From assembly GCA_018335975.1 (NCBI GenBank), contig JAGXRH010000002.1:1-63342 (forward strand): a stretch of DNA of 63,342 bases, written 5' to 3'. A program made the position numbers and the translations under genes. The DNA comes from Ignavibacteriales bacterium. GTDB taxonomy: Bacteria; Bacteroidota; Ignavibacteria; UBA10030; F1-140-MAGs086. The notes under the pieces were generated by a model. That model was given only the letters and a program-made list of their open reading frames with translations. It searched no databases and was not told where the DNA came from. This document shows, piece after piece, positions 46,406-55,299 of the stretch (positions within the stretch are counted from its first letter, which is position 1; every line of letters begins with the position of its first letter).

Positions 46406-46475
46406 AGGAAATATTTTTGGCGGGAAAATATACTTATTTGCAATGCAGTATCACAGTAGTAAATTACAAATAGCA

Positions 46476-46571
46476 AAATCCAAATAACAAACAAAACTCA
46501 AAAACAAAATTCAAAACGTATCTCTTGTAATTTAGAATTTATTTGTCATTTGAAATTTGTTATTTGGATTT
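46476..46571. repeat. A+T-rich element bounded by perfect 16-bp inverted repeats
   Basis: AAATCCAAATAACAAA (46476-46491) and TTTGTTATTTGGATTT (46556-46571), separated by 64 nt. Lies between the methyltransferase stop and the TonB-receptor start. Confidence 0.7.
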
Positions 46572-46585
46572 ATTCAAAGTGGGCA

Positions 46586-47335
46586 TTAATTCACTTTTTG
46601 CAAAACCAACGTTATTCCCTCTCTCATCGAGGATGGAACTATGCTTTGCACAATGCCGTACACTTTTTCGATTGGATATAAGCGGTTGAAATAATTTTTA
46701 CTTTCGCATTTTACAACACGGAGACCGCACGATTGACCGATTGCGCAAAGTTCTTTTGTTGTGTACTCGCGAAAATGTCCCGGGTTTTCTGCGTTCTCGC
46801 GGAGCATTTCGTACGGATTTCTTCCAAAAAGTAACAACAACCGTTTCAACGTTGATGTTGCGTTGGGAGTTTGAATGATAAGAAAGCCATTTTCACTGAG
46901 GAGCGAGTGTAAAAATTTCAAAACCAATGTTGGCGCAACGTGCAAATGCTCGATGACTTCTGCAAGAATAATTATTTCGCACGGAGGAATTGTGAGCCAC
47001 TTTTGGCGGTGTTGAGTTTCATTCAAATCGAAGTGAACAAAATTATTTTTGTCGAAACGAACATCGTCGAGCAAATGTCCACCCCTGCTTTGTTTGTGCT
47101 CGTAACCGATGGAGAGGATTGTGTCGCTTGGAAAATTTTCTGAAAGAAGTTCGGTAAAGAATGAAGGACCCACATCGCAGAGACGGATTGATTTCTGCGG
47201 AAAGTTTGTTCGCAACTCTTTTATCGTGTTGAGCAGATACAAAAACCGTTTTGAATGTCGCCGTAAATAAATTTTTGCATCATCGGTAAGATTTCTCGGA
47301 AGGAAAAACTTTTCTATTTCGGATTGAAAGTGCAA
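46586..47335 (-). CDS. Class I SAM-dependent methyltransferase-like protein
   Basis: IRLCDVGPSFF (motif I-like), IIILAEVIEHL and GFLIIQTPN. TTG start in the track, so the start is uncertain. Confidence 0.6.
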   Translation of the reverse strand: MHFQSEIEKFFLPRNLTDDAKIYLRRHSKRFLYLLNTIKELRTNFPQKSIRLCDVGPSFFTELLSENFPSDTILSIGYEHKQSRGGHLLDDVRFDKNNFVHFDLNETQHRQKWLTIPPCEIIILAEVIEHLHVAPTLVLKFLHSLLSENGFLIIQTPNATSTLKRLLLLFGRNPYEMLRENAENPGHFREYTTKELCAIGQSCGLRVVKCESKNYFNRLYPIEKVYGIVQSIVPSSMREGITLVLQKVN

Positions 47336-47340
47336 TGTGG

Positions 47341-47538
47341 TTACGCGGGCAAGGAATTATTTTTTTTTGTTGGTTTCTTTGCGTCGCGAGGAGATTCAAA
47401 TGCGGCGATTTCGATTTGCAGATTATCTATCGCTTCTTGTTCCGTCTGTCCGCGCGCCTTACATCCCAAACCAGGACAGTATGCAAGAAAACCATAGCGA
47501 TGCTGTTCGACGTACACGATGAATTGTTTGGGCTTCAT
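47341..47538 (-). CDS. HicB/UPF0150-like small protein (no HicA partner seen)
   Basis: FIVYVEQHRYGFLAYCPGLGCKARGQTEQEAIDNLQIEIAAF fits the HicB N-terminal domain pattern. Its stop lies 5 nt before the methyltransferase start. Confidence 0.6.
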   Translation of the reverse strand: MKPKQFIVYVEQHRYGFLAYCPGLGCKARGQTEQEAIDNLQIEIAAFESPRDAKKPTKKNNSLPA

Positions 47539-47697
47539 TTTGAATTTGACATTTGGTAATGTGGATTACCTCCTCTAATTTTTCGTAATCAGAGTTTGGT
47601 CAGAGAATATTGCGGGTGGCAAATATCCGACACAGGTGAGCGAAAATTCGATTTTATAGAAAAGAAAAAGATTTTCGGGCTTTCATTTATAAAGAAA

Positions 47698-50091
47698 TTA
47701 CCTCATCAATACCATTTTCTTTACGGCGATATACGTTCTTTCATCATCAATAGAGGCGGCAGTAATACGATAGTAATAAACCCCGCTTGGAAGAATTGAA
47801 GCGTCAAATTCAACTTCGTGCTCGCCTTCCTCCAACTCACTTTTGTTGAGAAGTGTTGCAACATCTTGTCCGAGAATGTTATAAATTTTCAGCGTTACAA
47901 TACTCGTAGCCGAAATCTGAAAACGAATAGTCGTCATCGGATTAAATGGATTCGGAAAGTTTTGGCGCAGCATAAAGGTTGGGGGATGCGTTGCGTTTTG
48001 TTCGCCGCTTGTTCTTCGGGTCGAAGTGGTGGTTGCGGGACGGAGATAGGGAATCTCTGCTAATCCACGAGTTCCCTTAATGCGAAGGGTTTTGGAAAAA
48101 CTATTGGTATCTATTGGTCCTTCAAAGGCGTTGTTTATGTTATCAATCGTAGAGTCCAAATTTTTGAAAACAGAAGAGTCGGCAAAAAAATGCTTTCGGG
48201 TTCCGCTTGCAACGTCAAGAGCGTAGTACCCCATCATCATTGTGTCGGCGAGCGATGCAATCTTCCGAATAGTTTTTCCGTTAACGAGCGGGTTATCTGT
48301 TCCGTCGTTGTAAGTAAGTTCGCCAAAATCTACAGGAGTTATTCCTAAATCACTTGCGGCAATGTTGAGTTTTAATGCCATCATATTTGTGAGCAGACGG
48401 TTGTTTTGCAATCTTCGGAGGATAACATTTTTTTCTCCGACAAGCGGGGCTTTCTTTCCGGGATCCATACGGTCAAATCCGCGGGGGGAACCATTATGGA
48501 TTTTATCGAGACTTTTTCCTAACGTAATAAGCGCTTGCTTTTTATCGCGGAAAAGCGCCCAGCCATAGTGGGAAGAACTGTCCGTTCGTTTCACGCCAAC
48601 CAGCAACCCTTCCGGACTATCGAATCCTTTTTTCAAAAAAACTTCGGTTAGTACATTAATTCTATTGGGAAGAGGTAAACCGAGAATATTCGTTTTTGGT
48701 GGCTGCGTAATTCTTTTTCCCGCAACTTCTGCGGATGCCTTCCTCCAACTATGTTTTTTAATCTTTGCCACTCCCGCTTTTCGCGCCCAAGCAGTGATGG
48801 TTACAGTTGCCCCGGAGTCAAGCGGAGAATCGAAAATGACAGTCCATTTCGAAGTAATTTTTTTTGAAGTATCTCTTAAAGAAACCTGAGATGGGGGAAA
48901 AGTAAAAGGTTTCGTATATCTTGCGGTATCGAGAAACAGAGTGAAGTCAATGTTGAGAACTGCTGCCTGCGGTAAGATATTGACAATCTCATACGTAAAC
49001 TTTGCTCTATCCGGTTTCGGCAGAACAGCCCGCCCCGCAGCCCCCTTGTTATCCTTATCTAAAGCCAGGAGATTCGCATCGAATGAACGGTAACGAAGAG
49101 TATCAATAGTAAATCCCACAAGCAAAACGGTATCGGCGCTGGTTAATGCATTATGGAAAAAAATGAGTTCAGTACTGTCTGCGCCTGTTGTTGTGGGCGT
49201 TAGTGTGATGGTAAAAGTTTTCGTGTCGTTTGGATAGAGCGAATCACTTCCGGTTGTCGCAATAGAAAAATCATCGTGTATTACGTAAACCGATTCGAGA
49301 ATAAGCAGCGACCCGCCTGTGTTGGTAACAGTAAAAGATTTTGTTTTACTTGTCCGATAAGGAAGCGTATCAAAATTGAGGATGGAGGTATTCGCGGTGA
49401 AAACGGGGTTCAGAACTCTGCCGCGTACGTTTAAATAAACCTGTCCGGAAAATGTATTATTATAAAAAGTAATAATTGCACTTTTTTCTCCTGCAGGTAA
49501 TTGAGGAACAAAGTCAATATAAAACACTTTTTGGGTTTGTGGTGGGAGTGTGTAATTTAAAGGTAGAACGGTGAACAACGGGCTATTACTTGTAACCGTA
49601 GTTATCTTGAGCGTATCCAAACTGGGATTCGAGACAACGACACTATCAAAATCGGACATCCACAAATATGTTTCGCCCATCTCAAGCGTATCAGCGCTTA
49701 ACGATATTTGCGGGTCAATGGCAGTACCGCATACCATAATGGAATCGGGAGAGCCGGTTGCGTTGTGTGTGAACCGAATGAACGCAGTATCTGTTCCCCG
49801 GACAACCGGCGAGTAGGCAATTGTTATCTTAAGATTTTGGAAGGCGGGAATGGTAATATCTTCCGATGGTGCAACCGCAAAGTTCGGTTTCGAGGAAGTT
49901 ATAGCATAAACATCGAGCGAGAAATTACCGGTGTTCGAGACAACGAGACTATCGGTTTTGCTATTTCCGGCATAGAGAGTGCCGAAGGAAAGTGATTGCG
50001 GAGAAACAGAAAATTGTGGTTGCGCGTTTATCCCGGAGAGAGCAAAGAAAACGCAAATCATCACCATTAAAAAGCGAGGGAAGGGTATCAT
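47698..50091 (-). CDS. T9SS cargo: three ASH/choice-of-anchor-D-like Ig repeats + unknown module + type-A sorting domain
   Basis: Start moved to MIPFPRFLMVMICVFFALSGINAQ. Repeats of the form SLSFGTLYAGNSKTDSLVVSNTGNFSLDV. C-terminal LRQNFPNPFNPMTTIRF...LPSGVYYYRI. Confidence 0.85.
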   Translation of the reverse strand: MIPFPRFLMVMICVFFALSGINAQPQFSVSPQSLSFGTLYAGNSKTDSLVVSNTGNFSLDVYAITSSKPNFAVAPSEDITIPAFQNLKITIAYSPVVRGTDTAFIRFTHNATGSPDSIMVCGTAIDPQISLSADTLEMGETYLWMSDFDSVVVSNPSLDTLKITTVTSNSPLFTVLPLNYTLPPQTQKVFYIDFVPQLPAGEKSAIITFYNNTFSGQVYLNVRGRVLNPVFTANTSILNFDTLPYRTSKTKSFTVTNTGGSLLILESVYVIHDDFSIATTGSDSLYPNDTKTFTITLTPTTTGADSTELIFFHNALTSADTVLLVGFTIDTLRYRSFDANLLALDKDNKGAAGRAVLPKPDRAKFTYEIVNILPQAAVLNIDFTLFLDTARYTKPFTFPPSQVSLRDTSKKITSKWTVIFDSPLDSGATVTITAWARKAGVAKIKKHSWRKASAEVAGKRITQPPKTNILGLPLPNRINVLTEVFLKKGFDSPEGLLVGVKRTDSSSHYGWALFRDKKQALITLGKSLDKIHNGSPRGFDRMDPGKKAPLVGEKNVILRRLQNNRLLTNMMALKLNIAASDLGITPVDFGELTYNDGTDNPLVNGKTIRKIASLADTMMMGYYALDVASGTRKHFFADSSVFKNLDSTIDNINNAFEGPIDTNSFSKTLRIKGTRGLAEIPYLRPATTTSTRRTSGEQNATHPPTFMLRQNFPNPFNPMTTIRFQISATSIVTLKIYNILGQDVATLLNKSELEEGEHEVEFDASILPSGVYYYRITAASIDDERTYIAVKKMVLMR

Positions 50092-50526
50092 GTAAATTGT
50101 AATTTTGTTTGGTACGCGAAATAATAATGTTTGCACGAATTGTGCCGACACCTAAATTCTTTTTATAAAGTTTGGATACGTTCGTTCCAAAAACTGATAA
50201 ACCGGTCAAACAGCCAAACAAACACCCTTCCTTTAGCATTTATGAGGCATGATTTTTTTTCTTTGACCGACGTTTCCCAATCCATTCAGTGAGATGATGT
50301 GAATATTTTGTGAATGTTTGGCGGTGCAAATTAAAAATTCCATTTTCTAATTTTCGCGTGTAATAAAAGACATTTTCCGATGAATTGCAACTTGCCCTAA
50401 AACAAAGTACTCAATTTGAAATTTCTCCAATATTTTCCTATATAAATCCACAATTTTTTAACGGTGTGTATTCTTGTATGAGCGAATAATTTTTTCAACA
50501 ATAAATTTTTCCGAAAGGGTACAACA

Positions 50527-52335
50527 ATGAAAAACTATTTTTCTTTTATTGCGATTTGCTTTGTTGCAATGATGTTATTCACGCTTTCATCATTTGCGGG
50601 AAAATCGTCTCACCCGCTTATTCCCCGCGAGCCAAAACCGGAACGCATCGAACCGACGCAAACATCGGAGATTTCTCAAGCACATCTTCCGAGAAAACCA
50701 AGTCCGCACTCCGATTCTCCGAAAGATTTGCAATGGGTGCTGATGGATAGTATGCCCAACGCATACGGACCCGCGCACGCAAATATTAATCCTTTGGCGT
50801 ACGACCCGTGGAATAATCACATTGCAATGATTTATCGCGGCGCATTAAACTACCAACCGCCAAATCTAACGACGGGCTCATTATGGTACGGTTCTTCACA
50901 TGACGAATTTACAACGTGGGCGCGTGTAGGAAAACTTAATGCGGATATTGACCAATACGGGCGTTACCCGAGTTGTGCAATCTCAAATCCGAATCATAGT
51001 TCTACTCCTGCCGATGCGATTTTTATGTATTCGTTTCCTCATTTATGTTCTGGTTCTGCATTTGGCTGTATCGGATTTGGGCTAGAACCGTTTCTTCAAA
51101 ATACTCCATTCAATGTGATGTCTCTTGATAATTCGTATGGTAGCAGTACATACATCTGGACTTCAGATAACCACCCAAGCGCATATTTTCTTGTTCCGAA
51201 ATCGGACTCTCTTTGTTTTTGGGGAACAGTAAACCAAGGAGAAACTTGGAACGAAAATGCTTGCTGGCTTGATTGGACAGATATATATGGTGAACGCGGA
51301 CAAAGCAAGGGAGACACAACGTATGTTGAAGCAGTAGTCGAAGATACGTCGGTTGCCGATTACATTTTTTTCAAAATCAATAAATCAACAAACAATGGAA
51401 CAACGTGGTCAGGTTGGGAAAACGTTTTGTGGAAAACCATTCCTCAACTGTCGGAGTATGATAATTTAGGTTCACTTGATTTTTCCATTGCGCACGATTT
51501 TGTGGTGGATGCATACGGCTACGAACACATTTTCTTCAATGTTGTTGATACCAATGTTGCTCCGAACAGACTCCATATTGTTGAAGCGTATCGCACAGTA
51601 AATGGTTGGAGCGGGAATATAGTTGCACAAAGAACACTTTCATTTATTCCTGGGTTTGCGGCGCTCTCACAAATGGATAACGAGTTACAAGCCGCAATCA
51701 GCGAAGACCGCAGAACAATTGTCGTTAAATGGGTTGATGCGCCGGTTGAAGGAGAAACCGATGGAGATATTTTTGCAACGGGAAAAAGAATCGGATGGGG
51801 GGATTGGACGTTCAGTAGTAACTTAACGCAAACCTCGGGTTCAGATGGAAGAGAAATGTTCACACATCTTGCACCACGATTTGAGAATTCACCGCTTGGG
51901 TTTGAGGTTACCGTTTACTTAACCAAAACTGAACAACTTGCAATTGTTCCTGATCCAATGCTGGATGATACGCAACCGTGCGCATTATGGGGAGCGAAAG
52001 CGTGTGTGCCGTTTATTATTGATTTGTATGTAACCGAGCGTGAACCAGGGAAGCCACCGAAATTTAAACTCTATTCCAATTATCCCAATCCTTTTAACGC
52101 GCAAACAATCATCCCGTATGATATTCCAACTGCGTCTGTTGTTTCGTTGAAAGTGTTTGATGTGAACGGAAGAGAAGTTGTCAATTTATACCACGGATAT
52201 CAGGAGGCGGGGCAATACAAAGCGACATACAACGCTTCACATCTTGCAAGCGGTGTGTACTTTTATCGTTTGAATGTGCAACAATCGAACAACGTAATTT
52301 TTTCAGCGAGCGAGAAAATGGTGGTAACAAAGTGA
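50527..52335 (+). CDS. T9SS cargo with BNR/Asp-box-like motifs (sialidase-like beta-propeller?)
   Basis: Signal sequence. Asp-box-like STNNGTTW and VNQGETW. C-terminal LYSNYPNPFNAQTIIPY...LASGVYFYRL. Confidence 0.7.
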   Translation: MKNYFSFIAICFVAMMLFTLSSFAGKSSHPLIPREPKPERIEPTQTSEISQAHLPRKPSPHSDSPKDLQWVLMDSMPNAYGPAHANINPLAYDPWNNHIAMIYRGALNYQPPNLTTGSLWYGSSHDEFTTWARVGKLNADIDQYGRYPSCAISNPNHSSTPADAIFMYSFPHLCSGSAFGCIGFGLEPFLQNTPFNVMSLDNSYGSSTYIWTSDNHPSAYFLVPKSDSLCFWGTVNQGETWNENACWLDWTDIYGERGQSKGDTTYVEAVVEDTSVADYIFFKINKSTNNGTTWSGWENVLWKTIPQLSEYDNLGSLDFSIAHDFVVDAYGYEHIFFNVVDTNVAPNRLHIVEAYRTVNGWSGNIVAQRTLSFIPGFAALSQMDNELQAAISEDRRTIVVKWVDAPVEGETDGDIFATGKRIGWGDWTFSSNLTQTSGSDGREMFTHLAPRFENSPLGFEVTVYLTKTEQLAIVPDPMLDDTQPCALWGAKACVPFIIDLYVTEREPGKPPKFKLYSNYPNPFNAQTIIPYDIPTASVVSLKVFDVNGREVVNLYHGYQEAGQYKATYNASHLASGVYFYRLNVQQSNNVIFSASEKMVVTK

Positions 52336-52345
52336 GGTAGGAATT

Positions 52346-53596
52346 TTACCGCGGCAATTTTATTCGAAACGTTGTTCCTTTTCCCGGTTTGCTTTCGTGG
52401 AGTTCTAACTTTCCTTTGTGATATGTTTCCACGATGCGTTTACAAAGCGAGAGCCCCAATCCCCAGCCACGTTCTTTTGTGCTGTAGCCCGGGCGGAAAA
52501 CTTCTTTTTTGAATTGCGCATCAATTCCTTTTCCCGTATCACTCACGTCAACATACAGCGCGTTCGATTTTCCGATAATGTTGAAGGAAATACTGCCGGC
52601 GTGCGATTCAATGGCATCAAGCGCATTCTTCACTAAATTTTCAAACACCCATTCGAGCAGTTCACGATTAACTGCCGCCGTTGTTTCACCGCGATGAAGC
52701 ACATTGAATAAAATTTTCTTCCCGTCGCCAAAACGCTTTGTTGTTGAAAGCCGCTTTTGAAAATAGGCAACGGTCTTTTCAATCACCTCGAGCACATTTT
52801 CTTCTTTTAAATTCGGCTTTGAACCGATTTTGGAAAATCGTTCCGCAACTTTATGTAACCGTTGAATATCATTTTCCATTTCGGAAAGTGTTTCCGTTGC
52901 TTGCGGCGTTGTTTCTTCCGATTGCATTTGTGTTTTCAGAAGTTCCATCCATCCCATAATGCTCGAAAGCGGCGTGCCGAGTTGATGCGCAGTTTCTTTC
53001 GACATTCCTACCCAAATACTGCTTTGTTCGTTCCGCTTTATATAACTGAAACCGACATACGCGAGCAGAATAAACATTGCGCCCAAACTCAATTCGATGT
53101 ACGGAAGTTGCTGCAGTTGCGTTATCATCGCGCGGAGATTCACAATTACTTTCGATTCGCTGAAATGGATGTTGCTGAGAACAATAGTTTTCTGATACGT
53201 AACTTTTATCGGCGTGTTGTGTGTATCCATTTCGCGCACCATTTCCCGCAAAAACATTGTTCGTTGGGATTCTGTCCAGAGGGAATCGAGCGTAATGTTC
53301 CGGTACGCTTTGATGAGCGTATCCGAAGCATCGGTTTCGATGATGGGGAAATCAATGGTGGGAATTATTTTATCGAAGAAAAATTCAAAATCGGTAGTGG
53401 GCGATTCGCTGTTGGCAACGTGTTCAATCGTTGTAGCATACAAGAGCGCAACTTTTTTCTCGTCCTCTAATAGTTTGTACACAATCGCTTTCAATTCATC
53501 AACGATGGATTGTGTGTAGAAGAGCGTTGCCACAACGAGGAGAAACGCTGCGGTGAGCAATGCAATTTTTATTTTGGCAGAACGAAATCCGCGCAT
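52346..53596 (-). CDS. Membrane sensor histidine kinase (two TM, HisKA + HATPase_c)
   Basis: H-box SKETAHQLGTPLSSIMGW, N-box VFENLVKNALDA and G-boxes DTGKGID / GWGLGLSLC. No response regulator is adjacent. Confidence 0.85.
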   Translation of the reverse strand: MRGFRSAKIKIALLTAAFLLVVATLFYTQSIVDELKAIVYKLLEDEKKVALLYATTIEHVANSESPTTDFEFFFDKIIPTIDFPIIETDASDTLIKAYRNITLDSLWTESQRTMFLREMVREMDTHNTPIKVTYQKTIVLSNIHFSESKVIVNLRAMITQLQQLPYIELSLGAMFILLAYVGFSYIKRNEQSSIWVGMSKETAHQLGTPLSSIMGWMELLKTQMQSEETTPQATETLSEMENDIQRLHKVAERFSKIGSKPNLKEENVLEVIEKTVAYFQKRLSTTKRFGDGKKILFNVLHRGETTAAVNRELLEWVFENLVKNALDAIESHAGSISFNIIGKSNALYVDVSDTGKGIDAQFKKEVFRPGYSTKERGWGLGLSLCKRIVETYHKGKLELHESKPGKGTTFRIKLPR

Positions 53597-53617
53597 AGAA
53601 TATTAGAATTTAGAATT

Positions 53618-53688
53618 CAGATTTTAGATTTCGTTGAAAGGGTTCGTAGAGATTTCCTTACCTCTATCAATCGAAAATCTAAAATCTG
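53618..53688 (-). terminator. Long A+T-rich hairpin downstream of the coiled-coil lipoprotein gene
   Basis: cagattttagatttcgttga ... tcaatcgaaaatctaaaatctg, an imperfect 20-bp inverted repeat. The motif AATCTAAAAT also occurs near 44570-44596 and 14262-14283. Confidence 0.45.
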
Positions 53689-53707
53689 CAATCTAAAATT
53701 TTTAGCG

Positions 53708-54571
53708 TTAGTCAATTTCTACGACGAGAAATTTTGAACTTTTCCAAAATTCGAGTTCGTCAAGAATACGCAGCAGGCATTTTTTCTCTTCCCCTTTTTC
53801 CAGCGAGAAGGAACCTTGCGGATGCGTGGAGAGAAGAGTGATATCATCAATGTCCTCCGCATCAATGGAAATTTCTTTCAACGCCGTAATGTCAATTTCC
53901 TGAAATCCGATTCGTTCCAGATTTCCGGTAAGCACGGTTACGCTTCGGATGCCGAGTATCCCACCTTTGGTTTCGATAATTTTTTTCTGCTCCAATTCTT
54001 TTTTCGTTCCGACGATATAAAATGCGGTGTTGATGATTTTATTTTTCTCGACCAATTGTTCTCGGAGCGATGCAATCGTATCTTGCTGCTGTTGGATAAG
54101 CGTGTTTGCCGCCGCCAACTGCATTCGGAGATTATCGTTTTCATCGCGTAAATCTTCATTCGCCGCCAATAACGAATCGAAACTATTCAACAGGGAGTTA
54201 TACTTTCGCTGAATATTTTTGATGACCTTTTCGAGACTATCAACTTTTTTGGATGAACGGCGAATCAAATTGGTTTGCACGTCGAGTTCGTTGGCAATTA
54301 CCTGAAGTTTTTCCTGAAACGTTGCCTGCGTTTCGCCGTGCTCGGGACGGAGTTGGAGCATAATGTTCCGTTTCCGTAAAAGCGCGTCGAGGTTTTCATT
54401 CATATCGTTAATTTCAAACAATGCCTGTTGGTATGCGCTATCGGAAGAACTTCGTTCCACGAGCACCGAGTCAATTTCTGTGCGTGTGTTTTCGACTGCT
54501 TCTTTATTTTCATTCGAACAGGAGTTTAAGAGCAAAAGAATTGCCACGAGTAATGGGGATAATGTTTTCAT
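53708..54571 (-). CDS. Coiled-coil lipoprotein, hypothetical
   Basis: Lipobox LLLNSCS, a heptad-rich segment of about 150 aa and a C-terminal domain ...AFYIVGTKKELEQKKII...LLSTHPQGSFSL...FWKSSKFLVVEI. The tail reminds me of Cbp1-type adhesins (low confidence). Confidence 0.6.
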   Translation of the reverse strand: MKTLSPLLVAILLLLNSCSNENKEAVENTRTEIDSVLVERSSSDSAYQQALFEINDMNENLDALLRKRNIMLQLRPEHGETQATFQEKLQVIANELDVQTNLIRRSSKKVDSLEKVIKNIQRKYNSLLNSFDSLLAANEDLRDENDNLRMQLAAANTLIQQQQDTIASLREQLVEKNKIINTAFYIVGTKKELEQKKIIETKGGILGIRSVTVLTGNLERIGFQEIDITALKEISIDAEDIDDITLLSTHPQGSFSLEKGEEKKCLLRILDELEFWKSSKFLVVEID

Positions 54572-54587
54572 ATTTGTATAGGATAAA

Positions 54588-55211
54588 TTATTTAGGTGGA
54601 ACAGAAATATTTTTTTGAGTAGAATCTTTAGGAATTGTTAATTGAATGAAAATTTTCAGAGAATCGAGTTCGTGTCGCAAGGCGCTGTTTTGTTCTTTGA
54701 GAAAATTTTCCATTTCAGTAAAAGTTGCGCGAAGCGTTTCAATGGTTTTGCGGTGTTCTTCAACGGCTTCCGTTTGTTTTTGCGTCCAGTCATCTTTTTG
54801 CTTGGATAATGTTACTACATCTCGGAAACGGATTCCGTAATTCATGGTATCGGCGCACAGCTGCTCTATGGTATCACGTTTCATCTGAAGGAACGTGAGC
54901 AACGTGAGTATATGATTTTCTTTTGCATCGAGCGTGTCGTAGCGAATTTGAATTTCATTTTCTAATGAATCCTCCAATTGGTCTTTGCTTGCCGTCAACG
55001 ATTTCAACGATTCTTTTAATCGCTTCACCTCTTTGGTGAGTTTGGTTTTGTCTCCTTTTAATTGCTTGATAAGGCGTTGACTCAAAGAAACTTCTTCGCG
55101 TAAATTTTTTAAGAGAACGGAATCTCTCGTTTGTTTTTGCGGGTCGGCAAATAGTGACGCAGAGAAGTACACCGTGAACAACAGGAACGCCGGTATAAGT
55201 TTCAGTTTCAT
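54588..55211 (-). CDS. Secreted coiled-coil protein, hypothetical
   Basis: Signal sequence MKLKLIPAFLLFTVYFSASLFA, then continuous heptad-like K/E/L-rich sequence. 16 nt upstream of the preceding lipoprotein gene. Confidence 0.55.
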   Translation of the reverse strand: MKLKLIPAFLLFTVYFSASLFADPQKQTRDSVLLKNLREEVSLSQRLIKQLKGDKTKLTKEVKRLKESLKSLTASKDQLEDSLENEIQIRYDTLDAKENHILTLLTFLQMKRDTIEQLCADTMNYGIRFRDVVTLSKQKDDWTQKQTEAVEEHRKTIETLRATFTEMENFLKEQNSALRHELDSLKIFIQLTIPKDSTQKNISVPPK

Positions 55212-55227
55212 TCTTTGTGAATATTTT

Positions 55228-55268
55228 TTAAAACTAAAAAGTCGTGAGTAATTTACGACTCACGACTT
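55228..55268 (-). terminator. Intrinsic terminator after secF
   Basis: Stem AAGTCGTGAG / CTCACGACTT. The minus-strand 3' flank is UUUUAGUUUU. Confidence 0.8.
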
Positions 55269-55299
55269 AGAATTTAAAGACAAAAAGCAAATCTGAAAT

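Noticed and set aside
46406-46585. Possible cobalamin or other riboswitch in the 180-nt leader of the TonB-dependent receptor gene
   Set aside because: The region is extremely A+T-rich, lacks a B12-box-like GCCACTG core or any G+C-rich helices, and is dominated by the 16-bp inverted repeat instead.
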